NCBI RefSeq assembly: GCF_037042905.1
Contig: NC_087251.1
Location: 37,946,001 to 38,010,000 of the forward strand
Direction of reading: 5' to 3'
Length of the DNA stretch: 64,000 bases
Origin: Lytechinus pictus
Lineage: Eukaryota
Positions 9,601 to 24,600 of this stretch are shown here, piece by piece. The notes beneath the pieces were generated by a model that was not told the origin of the DNA, did no database searches, and saw only the letters and a list, made by a program, of their open reading frames with translations. How positions within the stretch are numbered: position 1 is the first letter of the stretch; every line of letters begins with the position of its first letter. The position numbers and the translations under genes are program-made.

Positions 9601-12600
9601 TTTTAGCATCCTAACCGATTATCACAGCGAGAATCAAGAGGATCCAGGGAGTTTGAATTTTCGACCCCCTCGCCCCACCCGCGACATGGAAAATTGGTCA
9701 AAATTGGCTAAAATTGAGCAAAATATTATTTGTTCAATATTTCCCCCGAAACCCCTCCAAATCAACCGTCTTCGCTCCCTGGGATGTTTTAGCATCCTAA
9801 CCGATTATTACAGCGAGAATCAAGAGGATCCAGGGAGTTTGAATTTTTGACCCCCTCGCCCCAATCGCGACATGGAAAATTGGGCAAAATTGGGCAAAAT
9901 TGAGCAAAATAATATTTGTTCAATAATTCCCCCGAAACCCCCCCAAATCAGCCGTCTTCGCTCCCTGGGATGTTTTAGCATCCTAACCGATTATTACAGC
10001 GAGAATCAAGAGAATCAAGAGAATCAAGACGATCCAAGGAGTTTGAATTTTCGACCCCCTCGCCCCACCCGCGACATGGAAAATTGGGCAAAATTTGACA
10101 AAATTGAGCAAAATAATATTTGTTGAATATTTCCCCCGAAACCCCCCCAAATCAGCCAACTTCGCTCCCTGGGATGTTTAAGCATCCTAACCGATTATTA
10201 CAGCGAGAATCAAGAGGATCCAGGGAGTTTGAATTTTCGACCCCCTCGCCCCACCCGCGACATGGAAAATTGGGCAAAATTTGCCAAAATTGAGCAAAAT
10301 ATTATTTGTTCAATATTTCCCCCGAAACCCCCCCCAAATCAGCCGTCTTCGCTCCCTGGGATGTTTTAGCATCCTAACCGATTATTACAGTGAGAATCAA
10401 GAGGATCCAGTGAGTTTGAATTTTCGACCCCATTGCCCCACCCGCGACATGGAAAATTGGGCAAAATTGAGCAAAATAATATTTGTTCAATATTTCCCCC
10501 GAAACCCCCCCAAATCAGCCGTCTTCGCTCCCTGGGATGTTTTAGCATCCTAACCGATTATTACAGTGAGAATCAAGAGGATCCAGTGAGTTTGAATTTT
10601 CGACCCCCTCGCCCCACCCGCGACATGGAAAATTGGGCAAAATTGGCCAAAATTGAGCAAAATATTATTTGTTCAATATTTCCCCCGAAACCCCCCCAAA
10701 TCAGCCGTCGTCCCTCCCTGGGATGTTTTAGCATCCTAACCGATTATCACAGCGAGAATCAAGAGGATCCAGGGAGTTTGAATTTTCGACCCCCACGCCC
10801 CACCCGCGACATGGAAAATTGGGCAAAAATGGCCAAAATTGAGCAAAATAATATTTGTTCAATATTTCCCCCGAAACCCCTCCAAATCAGCCGTCTTCCC
10901 TCCCTGGGATGTTTTATCATCCTAACCGATTATTACAGCGAGAATCAAGAGAATCAAGAGGATCCAGGGAGTTTGAATTTTCGACCCCCTCGCCCCACCC
11001 GCGACATGGAAAATTGGGCAAAATTGGCCAAAATTGAGCAAAATAATATTTGTTCAATAATTCCCCCGAAACCCCCCCAAATCAGCCGTCTTCGCTCCCT
11101 GGGATGTTTTAGCATCCTAACCGATTACTACAGCGAGAATCATGAGGATCCAGGGAGTTTGAATATTCGACCCCCTCGCCCCACCCGCGACATGGAAAAT
11201 TGGGCAAATTTTGCCAAAATTGAGCAAAATATTATTTGTTCAATATTTCCCCCGAAACCCCCCAAATCAGCCGTCGTCGCTCCCTGGGATGTTTTAGCAT
11301 CCTAACCGATTATCACAGCGAGAATCAAGAGGATCCAGGGAGTTTGAATTTTCGACCCCCTCGCCCCACCCGCGACATGGAAAATTGGTCAAAATTGGCT
11401 AAAATTGAGCAAAATATTATTTGTTCAATATTTCCCCCGAAACCCCTCCAAATCAACCGTCTTCGCTCCCTGGGATGTTTTAGCATCCTAACCGATTATT
11501 ACAGCGAGAATCAAGAGGATCCAGGGAGTTTGAATTTTTGACCCCCTCGCCCCAATCGCGACATGGAAAATTGGGCAAAATTGGGCAAAATTGAGCAAAA
11601 TAATATTTGTTCAATAATTCCCCCGAAACCCCCCCAAATCAGCCGTCTTCGCTCCCTGGGATGTTTTAGCATCCTAACCGATTATTACAGTGAGAATCAA
11701 GAGGATCCAGTGAGTTTGAATTTTCGACCCCCTCGCCCCACCCGCGACATGGAAAATTGGGCAAAATTTGCAAAAATTGAGCAAAATATTATTTGTTCAA
11801 TATTTCCCCCGAAACCCCCCCCAAATCAGCCGTCTTCGCTCCCTGGGATGTTTTAGCATCCTAACCGATTATTACAGTGAGAATCAAGAGGATCCAGTGA
11901 GTTTGAATTTTCGACCCCATTGCCCCACCCGCGACATGGAAAATTGGGCAAAATTGAGCAAAATAATATTTGTTCAATATTTCCCCCGAAACCCCCCCAA
12001 ATCAGCCGTCTTCGCTCCCTGGGATGTTTTAGCATCCTAACCGATTATTACAGTGAGAATCAAGAGGATCCAGTGAGTTTGAATTTTCGACCCCCTCGCC
12101 CCACCCGCGACATGGAAAATTGGGCAAAATTGGCCAAAATTGAGCAAAATATTATTTGTTCAATATTTCCCCCGAAACCCCCCCAAATCAGCCGTCGTCC
12201 CTCCCTGGGATGTTTTAGCATCCTAACCGATTATCACAGCGAGAATCAAGAGGATCCAGGGAGTTTGAATTTTCGACCCCCTCGCCCCACCCGCGACATG
12301 GAAAATTGGGCAAAATTGGCCAAAATTGAGCAAAATAATATTTGTTCAATATTTCCCCCCGAACCCCCCCCAAATCAGCCGTCTTCGCTCCTTGGGATGT
12401 TTTAACATCCTAACCGATTATTACAGCGAGAATCAAATGGATCCAGGGAGTTTGAATTTTCGACCCCCTCGCCCCACCCGCGACATGGAAAATTGGGCAA
12501 AATTGGCCAAAATTGAGCAAAATAATATTTGTTCAATATTTCCCCCGAAACCCCTCCAAATCAGCCGTCTTCCCTCCCTGGGATGTTTTATCATCCTAAC

Positions 12601-15600
12601 CGATTATTACAGCGAGAATCAAGAGAATCAAGAGGATCCAGGGAGTTTGAATTTTCGACCCCCTCGCCCCACCCGCGACATGGAAAATTGGGCAAAATTG
12701 GCCAAAATTGAGCAAAATAATATTTGTTCAATAATTCCCCCGAAACCCCCCCAAATCAGCCGTCTTCGCTCCCTGGGATGTTTTAGCATCCTAACCGATT
12801 ACTACAGCGAGAATCATGAGGATCCAGGGAGTTTGAATATTCGACCCCCTCGCCCCACCCGCGACATTGAAAATTGGGCAAAATTTGCCAAAATTGAGCA
12901 AAATATTATTTGTTCAATATTTCCCCCGAAACCCCCCAAATCAGCCGTCGTCGCTCCCTGGGATGTTTTAGCATCCTAACCGATTATCACAGCGAGAATC
13001 AAGAGGATCCAGGGAGTTTGAATTTTCGACCCCCTCGCCCCACCCGCGACATGGAAAATTGGTCAAAATTGGCTAAAATTGAGCAAAATATTATTTGTTC
13101 AATATTTCCCCCGAAACCCCTCCAAATCAACCGTCTTCGCTCCCTGGGATGTTTTAGCATCCTAACCGATTATTACAGCGAGAATCAAGAGGATCCAGGG
13201 AGTTTGAATTTTTGACCCCCTCGCCCCAATCGCGACATGGAAAATTGGGCAAAATTGGCCAAAATTGAGCAAAATAATATTTGTTCAATAATTCCCCCGA
13301 AACCCCCCCAAATCAGCCGTCTTCGCTCCCTGGGATGTTTTAGCATCCTAACCGATTATTACAGCGAGAATCAAGAGGATCCAGGGAGTTTGAATTTTCT
13401 ACCCCCTCGCCCCACCCGCGACATGGAAAATTGGCCAAAATTGAGCAAAATAATATTTGTTCAATATTTCCCCCGAAACCCCCCCAAATCAGCCGTCTTC
13501 GCTCCCTGGAATGTTTTAGCATCCTAACTGATTATTACAGCGAGAATCATGAGGATCCAGGGAGTTTGAATTTTCGTCCCCCTCGCCCCACCCGCGACAT
13601 AGAAAATTGGGCAAAATTGGCCAAAATTGAGCAAAATAATATTTGTTCAATAATTCCCCCGAAACCCCCCCAAATCAGCCGTCTTCGCTCCCTGGGATGT
13701 TTTAGCATCCTAACCGATTATTACAGCGAGAATCAAGAGGATCCAGGGAGTTTGAATTTTCTACCCCCTCGCCCCACCCGCGACATGGAAAATTGGGCAA
13801 AATTGGCCAAAATTGAGCAAAATAATATTTGTTCAATATTTCCCCCGAAACCCCCCCAAATCAGCCGTCTTCGCTCCCTGGAATGTTTTAGCATCCTAAC
13901 TGATTATTACAGCGACAATCATGAGGATCCAGGGAGTTTGAATTTTCGTCCCCCTCGCCCCACCCGCGACATAGAAAATTGGGCAAAATTTGCCAAAATT
14001 GAGCAAAATAATATTTGTTCAATAATTCCCCCGAAACCCTCCCAAATCAGCCGTCTTCGCTCCCTGGGATGTTTTAGCATCCTAACCGATTATTACAGCG
14101 AGAATCAAGAGGATCCAGGGAGTTTGAATTTTCTACCCCCTCGCCCCACCCGCGACATGGAAAATTGGGCAAAATTGGCCAAAATTGAGCAAAATAATAT
14201 TTGTTCAATATTTCCCCCGAAACCCCCCCAAATCAGCCGTCTTCGCTCCCTGGAATGTTTTAGCATCCTAACTGATTATTACAGCGAGAATCATGAGGAT
14301 CCAGGGAGTTTGAATTTTCGTCCCCCTCGCCCCACCCGCGACATAGAAAATTGGGCAAAATTGGCCAAAATTGAGCAAAATAATATTTGTTCAATAATTC
14401 CCCCGAAACCCCCCCAAATCAGCCGTCTTCGCTCCCTGGGATGTTTTAGCATCCTAACCGATTATTACAGCGAGAATCAAGAGGATCCAGGGAGTTTGAA
14501 TTTTCGACCCCCTCGCCCCACCCGCGACATGGAAAATTGGGCAAAATTGGGCAAAATTGAGCAAAATATTATTTGTTCAATATTTCCCCCGAAACCCCCC
14601 CAAATCAACCGTCTTCGCTCCCTGGGATGTTTTAGCATCCTAACCGATTATTACAGCGAGAATCAAGAGGATCCAGGGAGTTTGAATTTTTGACCCCCTC
14701 GCCCCAATCGCGACATGGAAAATTGGGCAAAATTGGGCAAAATTGAGCAAAATATTATTTGTTCAATATTTCCCCCGAAACCCCCCCAAATCAGCCGTCT
14801 TCGCTCCTTGGGATGTTTTAGCATCCTAACCGATTATTACAGCGAGAATCAAGAGGATCCAGGGAGTTTGAATTTTTGACCCCCTCGCAATGGAAAATTG
14901 GGCAAAATTGGCCAAAATTGAGCAATATAATTTGCTCAATATTTCCCCGAAACCCCCCAAAATCAGCCGTCTTCGCTCCCTGGGATGTTTTAGCATCCTA
15001 ACCGATTACTACAGCGAGAATCATGAGGATCCAGGGAGTTTGAATTTTCGACCCCCTCGCCCCACCCGCGACATGGAAAATTGGGCAAAATTGGCCAAAA
15101 TTGAGCAAAATATTATTTCTTCAATATTTCCCCTGAAACCCCCCCAAATCAGCCGTCGTCGCTCCCTGGGATGTTTTAGCATCCTAACCGATTATCACAG
15201 CGAGAATCAAGAGGATCCAGGGAGTTTGAATTTTTGACCCTCTCGCCCACCCGCGACATGGAAAATTGGAAAAAATTGAGCAAAATAATTTTTGTTCAAT
15301 ATTTTCCCCGAAACCCTCCGAAATCAGCCGTCTTCGCTCCCTGGAATGTTTTAGCATCATAACCGATTATTACAGCGAGAATCAAGAGGATCCAGAGAGT
15401 TAGAATTTTCGACCCCCTCGCCCCACCCTCGACATGGAAAATTGGGCAAAATTGGGCAAAATTGAGCAAAATAATATTTGTTGAATATTTCCCCCGAAAC
15501 CCCCCCAAATCAGCCAACTTCGCTCCCTGGGATGTTTAAGCATCCTAACCGATTATTACAGCGAGAATCAAGAGGATCCAGGGAGTTTGAATTTTTGACC

Positions 15601-18600
15601 CCCTCGCCCCAATCGCGACATGGAAAATTGGGCAAAATTGGGCAAAATTGAGCAAAATATTATTTGTTCAATATTTCCCCCGAAACCCCCCCAAATCAGC
15701 CGTCTTCGCTCCTTGGGATGTTTTAGCATCCTAACCGATTATTACAGCGAGAATCAAGAGGATCCAGGGAGTTTGAATTTTTGACCCCCTCGCAATGGAA
15801 AATTGGGCAAAATTGGCCAAAATTGAGCAATATAATTTGCTCAATATTTCCCCGAAACCCCCCAAAATCAGCCGTCTTCGCTCCCTGGGATGTTTTAGCA
15901 TCCTAACCGATTACTACAGCGAGAATCATGAGGATCCAGGGAGTTTGAATTTTCGACCCCCTCGCCCCACCCGCGACATGGAAAATTGGGCAAAATTGGC
16001 CAAAATTGAGCAAAATATTATTTCTTCAATATTTCCCCTGAAACCCCCCCAAATCAGCCGTCGTCGCTCCCTGGGATGTTTTAGCATCCTAACCGATTAT
16101 CACAGCGAGAATCAAGAGGATCCAGGGAGTTTGAATTTTTGACCCTCTCGCCCACCCGCGACATGGAAAATTGGAAAAAATTGAGCAAAATAATTTTTGT
16201 TCAATATTTTCCCCGAAACCCTCCGAAATCAGCCGTCTTCGCTCCCTGGAATGTTTTAGCATCATAACCGATTATTAAAGCGAGAATCAAGAGGATCCAG
16301 AGAGTTAGAATTTTCGACCCCCTCGCCCCACCCTCGACATGGAAAATTGGGCAAAATTGGGCAAAATTGAGCAAAATAATATTCGTTCAATTTTTCCCCC
16401 GAAACCCCCCCAAATCAGCCGTCTTCGCTCCTTGGGATGTTTTAGCATCCTAACCGATTATTACAGCGAGAATCAAGAGGATCCAGGGAGTTTGAATTTT
16501 TGACCCCCTCGCGATGGAAAATTGGGCAAAATTGGCCAAAATTGAGCAAAATAATTTGCTCAATATTTCCCCGAAACCCCCCAAAATCAGCCGTCTTCGC
16601 TCCCTGGGATGTTTTAGCATCCTAACCGATTACTACAGCGAGAATCATGAGGATCCAGGGAGTTTGAATTTTCGACCCCCTCGCCCCACCTGCGACATGG
16701 AAAATTGGGCAAAATTGGCCAAAATTGAGCAAAATATTATTTGTTCAATAATTCCCCCGAAACCCTCCCAAATCAGCCGTCTTCGCTCCCTGGGATGTTT
16801 TAGCATCCTAACCGATTATTACAGCGAGAATCAAGAGGATCCAGGGAGTTTGAATTTTCGTCCCCCTCGCGATGGAAAATTGGGCAAAATTGGCCAAAAT
16901 TGAGCAAAATATTATTTGTTCAATATTTCCCCCGAAACCCCCCCAAATCAGCCGTCGTAGCTCCCTGGGATGTTTTAGCATCCTAACCGATTATTACAGC
17001 GAGAATCAAGAGGATCCAGGGAGTTTGAATTTTCGTCCCCCTCGCGATGGAAAATTGGGCAAAATTGGCCAAAATTGAGTTAAATATTATTTGTTCAATA
17101 TTTCCCCCGAAACCCCCCCAAATCAGCCGTCGTAGCTCCCTGGGATGTTTTAGCATCCTAACCGATTATTACAGCGAGAATCAAGAGAATCAAGACGATC
17201 CAGGGAGTTTGAATTTTCGACCCCCTCGCCCCACCCGCGACATGGAAAATTGGGCAAAATTGGCCAAAATTGAGCAAAATAATATTTGTTCAATAATTCC
17301 CCCGAAACCCCCCCAAATCAGCCGTCTTCGCTCCCTGGGATGTTTTAGCATCCTAACCGATTACTACAGCGAGAATCATGAGGATCCAGGGAGTTTGAAT
17401 ATTCGACCCCCTCGCCCCACCCGCGACATGGAAAATTGGGCAAAATTTGCCAAAATTGAGCAAAATATTATTTGTTCAATATTTCCCCCGAAACCCCCCG
17501 AAATCAGCCGTCGTCGCTCCCTGGGATGTTTTAGCATCCTAACCGATTATTACAGCGAGAATCAAGAGAATCAAGACGATCCAAGGAGTTTGAATTTTCG
17601 ACCCCCTCGCCCCACCCGCGACATGGAAAATTGGGCAAAATTGGCCAAAATTGAGCAAAATAATATTTGTTCAATATTTCCCCCCAAACCCCCCCAAATC
17701 AGCCGTCTTCACTCCCTGGGATGTTTTAGCATCCTAACCGATTATTACAGCGAGAATCAAGAGGATTCAGGGAGTTTGAATTTTCGACCCCCTCGCCCCA
17801 CCCGCGACATGGAAAATTGGGCAAAATTGGCCAAAATTGAGCAAAATATTATTTGTTCAATATTTCCCCCGAAACCCCCCCAAATCAGCCGTCGTAGCTC
17901 CCTGGGATGTTTTAGCATCCTAACCGATTATTACAGCGAGAATCAAGAGGATCCAGGGAGTTTGAATTTTCGTCCCCCTCGCGATGGAAAATTGGGCAAA
18001 ATTGGCCAAAATTGAGCAAAATATTATTTGTTCAATATTTCCCCCGAAACCCCCCCAAATCAGCCGTCGTAGCTCCCTGGGATGTTTTAGCATCCTAACC
18101 GATTATTACAGCGAGAATCAAGAGGATCCAGGGAGTTTGAATTTTCGTCCCCCTCGCGATGGAAAATTGGGCAAAATTGGCCAAAATTGAGCAAAATATT
18201 ATTTGTTCAATATTTCCCCCGAAACCCCCCCAAATCAGCCGTCGTAGCTCCCTGGGATGTTTTAGCATCCTAACCGATTATTACAGCGAGAATCAAGAGA
18301 ATCAAGACGATCCAGGGAGTTTGAATTTTCGACCCCCTCGCCCCACCCGCGACATGGAAAATTGGGCAATATTGGCCAAAATTGAGCAAAATAATATTTG
18401 TTCAATAATTCCCCCGAAACCCCCCCAAATCAGCCGTCGTCGCTCCCTGGGATGTTTTAGCATCCTAACCAATTATCACAGCGAGAATCAAGAGGATCCA
18501 GGGAGTTTGAATTTTCGACCCCCTCGCCCCACCCGCGACATGGAAAATTGGTCAAAATTGGCTAAAATTGAGCAAAATATTATTTGTTCAATATTTCCCC

Positions 18601-21600
18601 CGAAACCCCTCCAAATCAACCGTCTTCGCTCCCTGGGATGTTTTAGCATCCTAACCGATTATTACAGCGAGAATCAAGAGGATCCAGGGAGTTTGAATTT
18701 ATGACCCCCTCGCCCCAATCGCGACATGGAAAATTGGGCAAAATTGGCCAAAATTGAGCAAAATAATATTTGTTCAATAATTCCCCCGAAACCCCCCCAA
18801 ATCAGCCGTCTTCGCTCCCTGGGATGTTTTAGCATCCTAACCGATTATTACAGCGAGAATCAAGAGGATCCAGGGAGTTTGAATTTTCTACCCCCTCGCC
18901 CCACCCGCGACATGGAAAATTGGGCAAAATTGGCCAAAATTGAGCAAAATAATATTTGTTCAATATTTCCCCCGAAACCCCCCCAAATCAGCCGTCTTCG
19001 CTCCCTGGAATGTTTTAGCATCCTAACTGATTATTACAGCGAGAATCATGAGGATCCAGGGAGTTTGAATTTTCGTCCCCCTCGCCCCACCCGCGACATA
19101 GAAAATTGGGCAAAATTTGCCAAAATTGAGGAAAATAATATTTGTTCAATATTTCCCCCGAAACCCCCCACAATCAGCCGTCTTCACTCCCTGGGATGTT
19201 TTAGCATCCTAACCGATTATTACAGTGAGAATCAAGAGGATCCAGTGAGTTTGAATTTTCGACCCCCTCGCCCCACCCGCGACATGGAAAATTGGGCAAA
19301 ATTGAGCAAAATAATATTTGTTCAATATTTCCCCCGAAACCCCCCCAAATCAGCCGTCTTCGCTCCCTGGGATGTTTTAGCATCCTAACCGATTATTACA
19401 GTGAGAATCAAGAGGATCTAGTGAGTTTGAATTTTCGACTCCATTGCCCCACCCGTGACATGGAAAATTGGGCAAAATTGAGAAAAATAATATTTGTTCA
19501 ATATTTCCCCCGAAACCCCCCCAAATCAGCCGTCTTCGCTCTCCCTGGGATGTTTTAGCATCCTAACCGATTATTACAGTGAGAATCAAGAGGATCCAGT
19601 GAGTTTGAATTTTCGACCCCCTCGCCCCACCCGCGACATGGAAAATTGAGCAAAATTGGCCAAAATTGAGCAAAATATTATTTGTTCAATATTTCCCCCG
19701 AAACCCCCCCAAATTAGCCGTCTTCGCTCCCTGGGATGTTTAAGCATCCTAACCGATTATTACAGCGAGAATCAAGAGAATCAAGAGGATCCAGGGAGTT
19801 TGAATTTTCGACCCCCTCGCCCCACCCGCGACATGGAAAATTGGGCAAAATTGAGCAAAATATTATTTGTTCAATATTTCCCCCGAAACCCCCCCAAATC
19901 AGCCGTCGTAGCTCCCTGGGATGTTTTAGCATCCTAACCGATTATTACAGCGAGAATCATGAGGATCCAGGGAGTTTGAATTTTCGACCCCCTCGCCCCA
20001 CCCGCGACATGGAAAATTGGGCAAAATTGAGCAAAATATTATTTGTTCAATATTTCCCCCGAAACCCCCCCAAATCAGCCGTCGTAGCTCCCTGGGATGT
20101 TTAAGCATCCTAACCGATTATTACAGCGAGAATCAAGAGGATCCAGGGAGTTTGAATTTTCGTCCCCCTCGCGATGGAAAATTGGGCAAAATTGTCCAAA
20201 ATTGAGCAAAATATTATTTGTTCAATATTTCCCCCGAAACCCCCCCAAATCAGCCGTCGTAGCTCCCTGGGATGTTTTAGCATCCTAACCGATTATTACA
20301 GCGAGAATCAAGACGATCCAGGGAGTTTGAATTTTCGACCCCCTCGCCCCACCCGCGACATGGAAAATTGGGCAAAACTGGCCAAAATTGAGCAAAATAA
20401 TATTTGTTCAATATTTCCCCCGAAACCCCCCCAAATCAGCCGTCTTCGCTCCCTGGGATGTTTTAGCATCCTAACCGATTATTACAGCGAGAATCAAGAG
20501 GATCCAGGGAGTTTGAATTTTCAACCCCCTCGCCCCACCCGCGACATGGAAAATTGGGCAAAATTGGCCAAAATTGAGCAAAATAATATTTGTTCAATAT
20601 TTCCCCGGATACCCCCCCAAATCAGCCGTCTTCGCTCCCTGGGATGTTTTAACATCCTAACCGATTATTACAGCGAGAATCAAATGGATCCAGGGAGTTT
20701 GAATTTTCGACCCCCTCGCCCCACCCGCGACATGGAAAATTGGGCAAAATTGGCCAAAATTGAGCAAAATAATATTTGTTCAATATTTCCCCCGAAACCC
20801 CCCCAAATCAGCCGTCTTCGCTCCCTGGGATGTTTTATCATCCTAACCGATTATTACAGCGAGAATCAAGAGAATCAAGAGGATCCAGGAAGTTTGAATT
20901 TTCGACCCCCTCGCCCCACCCGCGACATGGAAAATTGGGCAAAATTGGCCAAAATTGAGCAAAATAATATTTGTTCAATATTTCCCCCCAAACCCCCCCA
21001 AATCAGCCGTCTTCACTCCCTGGGATGTTTTAGCATCCTAACCGATTATTACAGCGAGAATCAAGAGGATTCAGGGAGTTTGAATTTTCGACCCCCTCGC
21101 CCCACCCGCGACATGGAAAATTGGGCAAAATTGGTCAAAATTGAGCAAAATATTATTTGTTCAATATTTCCCCCGAAACCCCCCCAAATCAGCCGTCGTA
21201 GCTCCCTGGGATGTTTTAGCATCCTAACCGATTATTACAGCGAGAATCAAGAGGATCCAGGGAGTTTGAATTTTCGTCCCCCTCGCGATGGAAAATTGGG
21301 CAAAATTGGCCAAAATTGAGCAAAATATTATTTGTTCAATATTTCCCCCGAAACCCCCCCAAATCAGCCGTCGTAGCTCCCTGGGATGTTTTAGCATCCT
21401 AACCGATTATTACAGCGAGAATCAAGAGGATCCAGGGAGTTTGAATTTTCGTCCCCCTCGCGATGGAAAATTGGGCAAAATTGGCCAAAATTGAGCAAAA
21501 TATTATTTGTTCAATATTTCCCCCGAAACCCCCCCAAATCAGCCGTCGTAGCTCCCTGGGATGTTTTAGCATCCTAACCGATTATTACAGCGAGAATCAA

Positions 21601-24600
21601 GAGAATCAAGACGATCCAGGGAGTTTGAATTTTCGACCCCCTCGCCCCACCCGCGACATGGAAAATTGGGCAATATTGGCCAAAATTGAGCAAAATAATA
21701 TTTGTTCAATAATTCCCCCGAAACCCCCCCAAATCAGCCGTCGTCGCTCCCTGGGATGTTTTAGCATCCTAACCAATTATCACAGCGAGAATCAAGAGGA
21801 TCCAGGGAGTTTGAATTTTCGACCCCCTCGCCCCACCCGCGACATGGAAAATTGGTCAAAATTGGCTAAAATTGAGCAAAATATTATTTGTTCAATATTT
21901 CCCCCGAAACCCCTCCAAATCAACCGTCTTCGCTCCCTGGGATGTTTTAGCATCCTAACCGATTATTACAGCGAGAATCAAGAGGATCCAGGGAGTTTGA
22001 ATTTATGACCCCCTCGCCCCAATCGCGACATGGAAAATTGGGCAAAATTGGCCAAAATTGAGCAAAATAATATTTGTTCAATAATTCCCCCGAAACCCCC
22101 CCAAATCAGCCGTCTTCGCTCCCTGGGATGTTTTAGCATCCTAACCGATTATTACAGCGAGAATCAAGAGGATCCAGGGAGTTTGAATTTTCTACCCCCT
22201 CGCCCCACCCGCGACATGGAAAATTGGGCAAAATTGGCCAAAATTGAGCAAAATAATATTTGTTCAATATTTCCCCCGAAACCCCCCCAAATCAGCCGTC
22301 TTCACTCCCTGGGATGTTTTAGCATCCTAACCGATTATTACAGTGAGAATCAAGAGGATCCAGTGAGTTTGAATTTTCGACCCCCTCGCCCCACCCGCGA
22401 CATGGAAAATTGGGCAAAATTGGGCAAAATTGAGCAAAATAATATTTGTTCAATATTTCCCCCGAAACCCCCCCAAATCAGCCGTCTTCGCTCCCTGGGA
22501 TGTTTTAGCATCCTAACCGATTATTACAGTGAGAATCAAGAGGATCTAGTGAGTTTGAATTTTCGACTCCATTGCCCCACCCGTGACATGGAAAATTGGG
22601 CAAAATTGAGCAAAATAATATTTGTTCAATATTTCCCCCGAAACCCCCCCAAATCAGCCGTCTTCGCTCCCTGGGATGTTTTAGCATCCTAACCGATTAT
22701 TACAGTGAGAATCAAGAGGATCCAGTGAGTTTGAATTTTCGACCCCCTCGCCCCACCCGCGACATGGAAAATTGGGCAAAATTGGCCAAAATTGAGCAAA
22801 ATATTATTTGTTCAATATTTCCCCCGAAACCCCCCCAAATTAGCCGTCTTCGCTCCCTGGGATGTTTAAGCATCCTAACCGATTATTACAGCGAGAATCA
22901 AGAGAATCAAGAGGATCCAGGGAGTTTGAATTTTCGACCCCCTCGCCCCACCCGCGACATGGAAAATTGGGCAAAATTGAGCAAAATATTATTTGTTCAA
23001 TATTTCCCCCGAAACCCCCCCAAATCAGCCGTCGTAGCTCCCTGGGATGTTTTAGCATCCTAACCGATTATTACAGCGAGAATCATGAGGATCCAGGGAG
23101 TTTGAATTTTCGACCCCCTCGCCCCACCCGCGACATGGAAAATTGGGCAAAATTGAGCAAAATATTATTTGTTCAATATTTCCCCCGAAACCCCCCCAAA
23201 TCAGCCGTCGTAGCTCCCTGGGATGTTTAAGCATCCTAACCGATTATTACAGCGAGAATCAAGAGGATCCAGGGAGTTTGAATTTTCGTCCCCCTCGCGA
23301 TGGAAAATTGGGCAAAATTGTCCAAAATTGAGCAAAATATTATTTGTTCAATATTTCCCCCGAAACCCCCCCAAATCAGCCGTCGTAGCTCCCTGGGATG
23401 TTTTAGCATCCTAACCGATTATTACAGCGAGAATCAAGACGATCCAGGGAGTTTGAATTTTCGACCCCCTCGCCCCACCCGCGACATGGAAAATTGGGCA
23501 AAACTGGCCAAAATTGAGCAAAATAATATTTGTTCAATATTTCCCCCGAAACCCCCCCAAATCAGCCGTCTTCGCTCCCTGGGATGTTTTAGCATCCTAA
23601 CCGATTATTACAGCGAGAATCAAGAGGATCCAGGGAGTTTGAATTTTCAACCCCCTCGCCCCACCCGCGACATGGAAAATTGGTCAAAATTGGCTAAAAT
23701 TGAGCAAAATATTATTTGTTCAATATTTCCCCCGAAACCCCTCCAAATCAACCGTCTTCGCTCCCTGGGATGTTTTAGCATCCTAACCGATTATTACAGC
23801 GAGAATCAAGAGGATCCAGGGAGTTTGAATTTATGACCCCCTCGCCCCAATCGCGACATGGAAAATTGGGCAAAATTGGCCAAAATTGAGCAAAATAATA
23901 TTTGTTCAATAATTCCCCCGAAACCCCCCCAAATCAGCCGTCTTCGCTCCCTGGGATGTTTTAGCATCCTAACCGATTATTACAGCGAGAATCAAGAGGA
24001 TCCAGGGAGTTTGAATTTTCTACCCCCTCGCCCCACCCGCGACATGGAAAATTGGGCAAAATTGGCCAAAATTGAGCAAAATAATATTTGTTCAATATTT
24101 CCCCCGAAACCCCCCCAAATCAGCCGTCTTCACTCCCTGGGATGTTTTAGCATCCTAACCGATTATTACAGTGAGAATCAAGAGGATCCAGTGAGTTTGA
24201 ATTTTCGACCCCCTCGCCCCACCCGCGACATGGAAAATTGGGCAAAATTGGGCAAAATTGAGCAAAATAATATTTGTTCAATATTTCCCCCGAAACCCCC
24301 CCAAATCAGCCGTCTTCGCTCCCTGGGATGTTTTAGCATCCTAACCGATTATTACAGTGAGAATCAAGAGGATCTAGTGAGTTTGAATTTTCGACTCCAT
24401 TGCCCCACCCGTGACATGGAAAATTGGGCAAAATTGAGCAAAATAATATTTGTTCAATATTTCCCCCGAAACCCCCCCAAATCAGCCGTCTTCGCTCCCT
24501 GGGATGTTTTAGCATCCTAACCGATTATTACAGTGAGAATCAAGAGGATCCAGTGAGTTTGAATTTTCGACCCCCTCGCCCCACCCGCGACATGGAAAAT

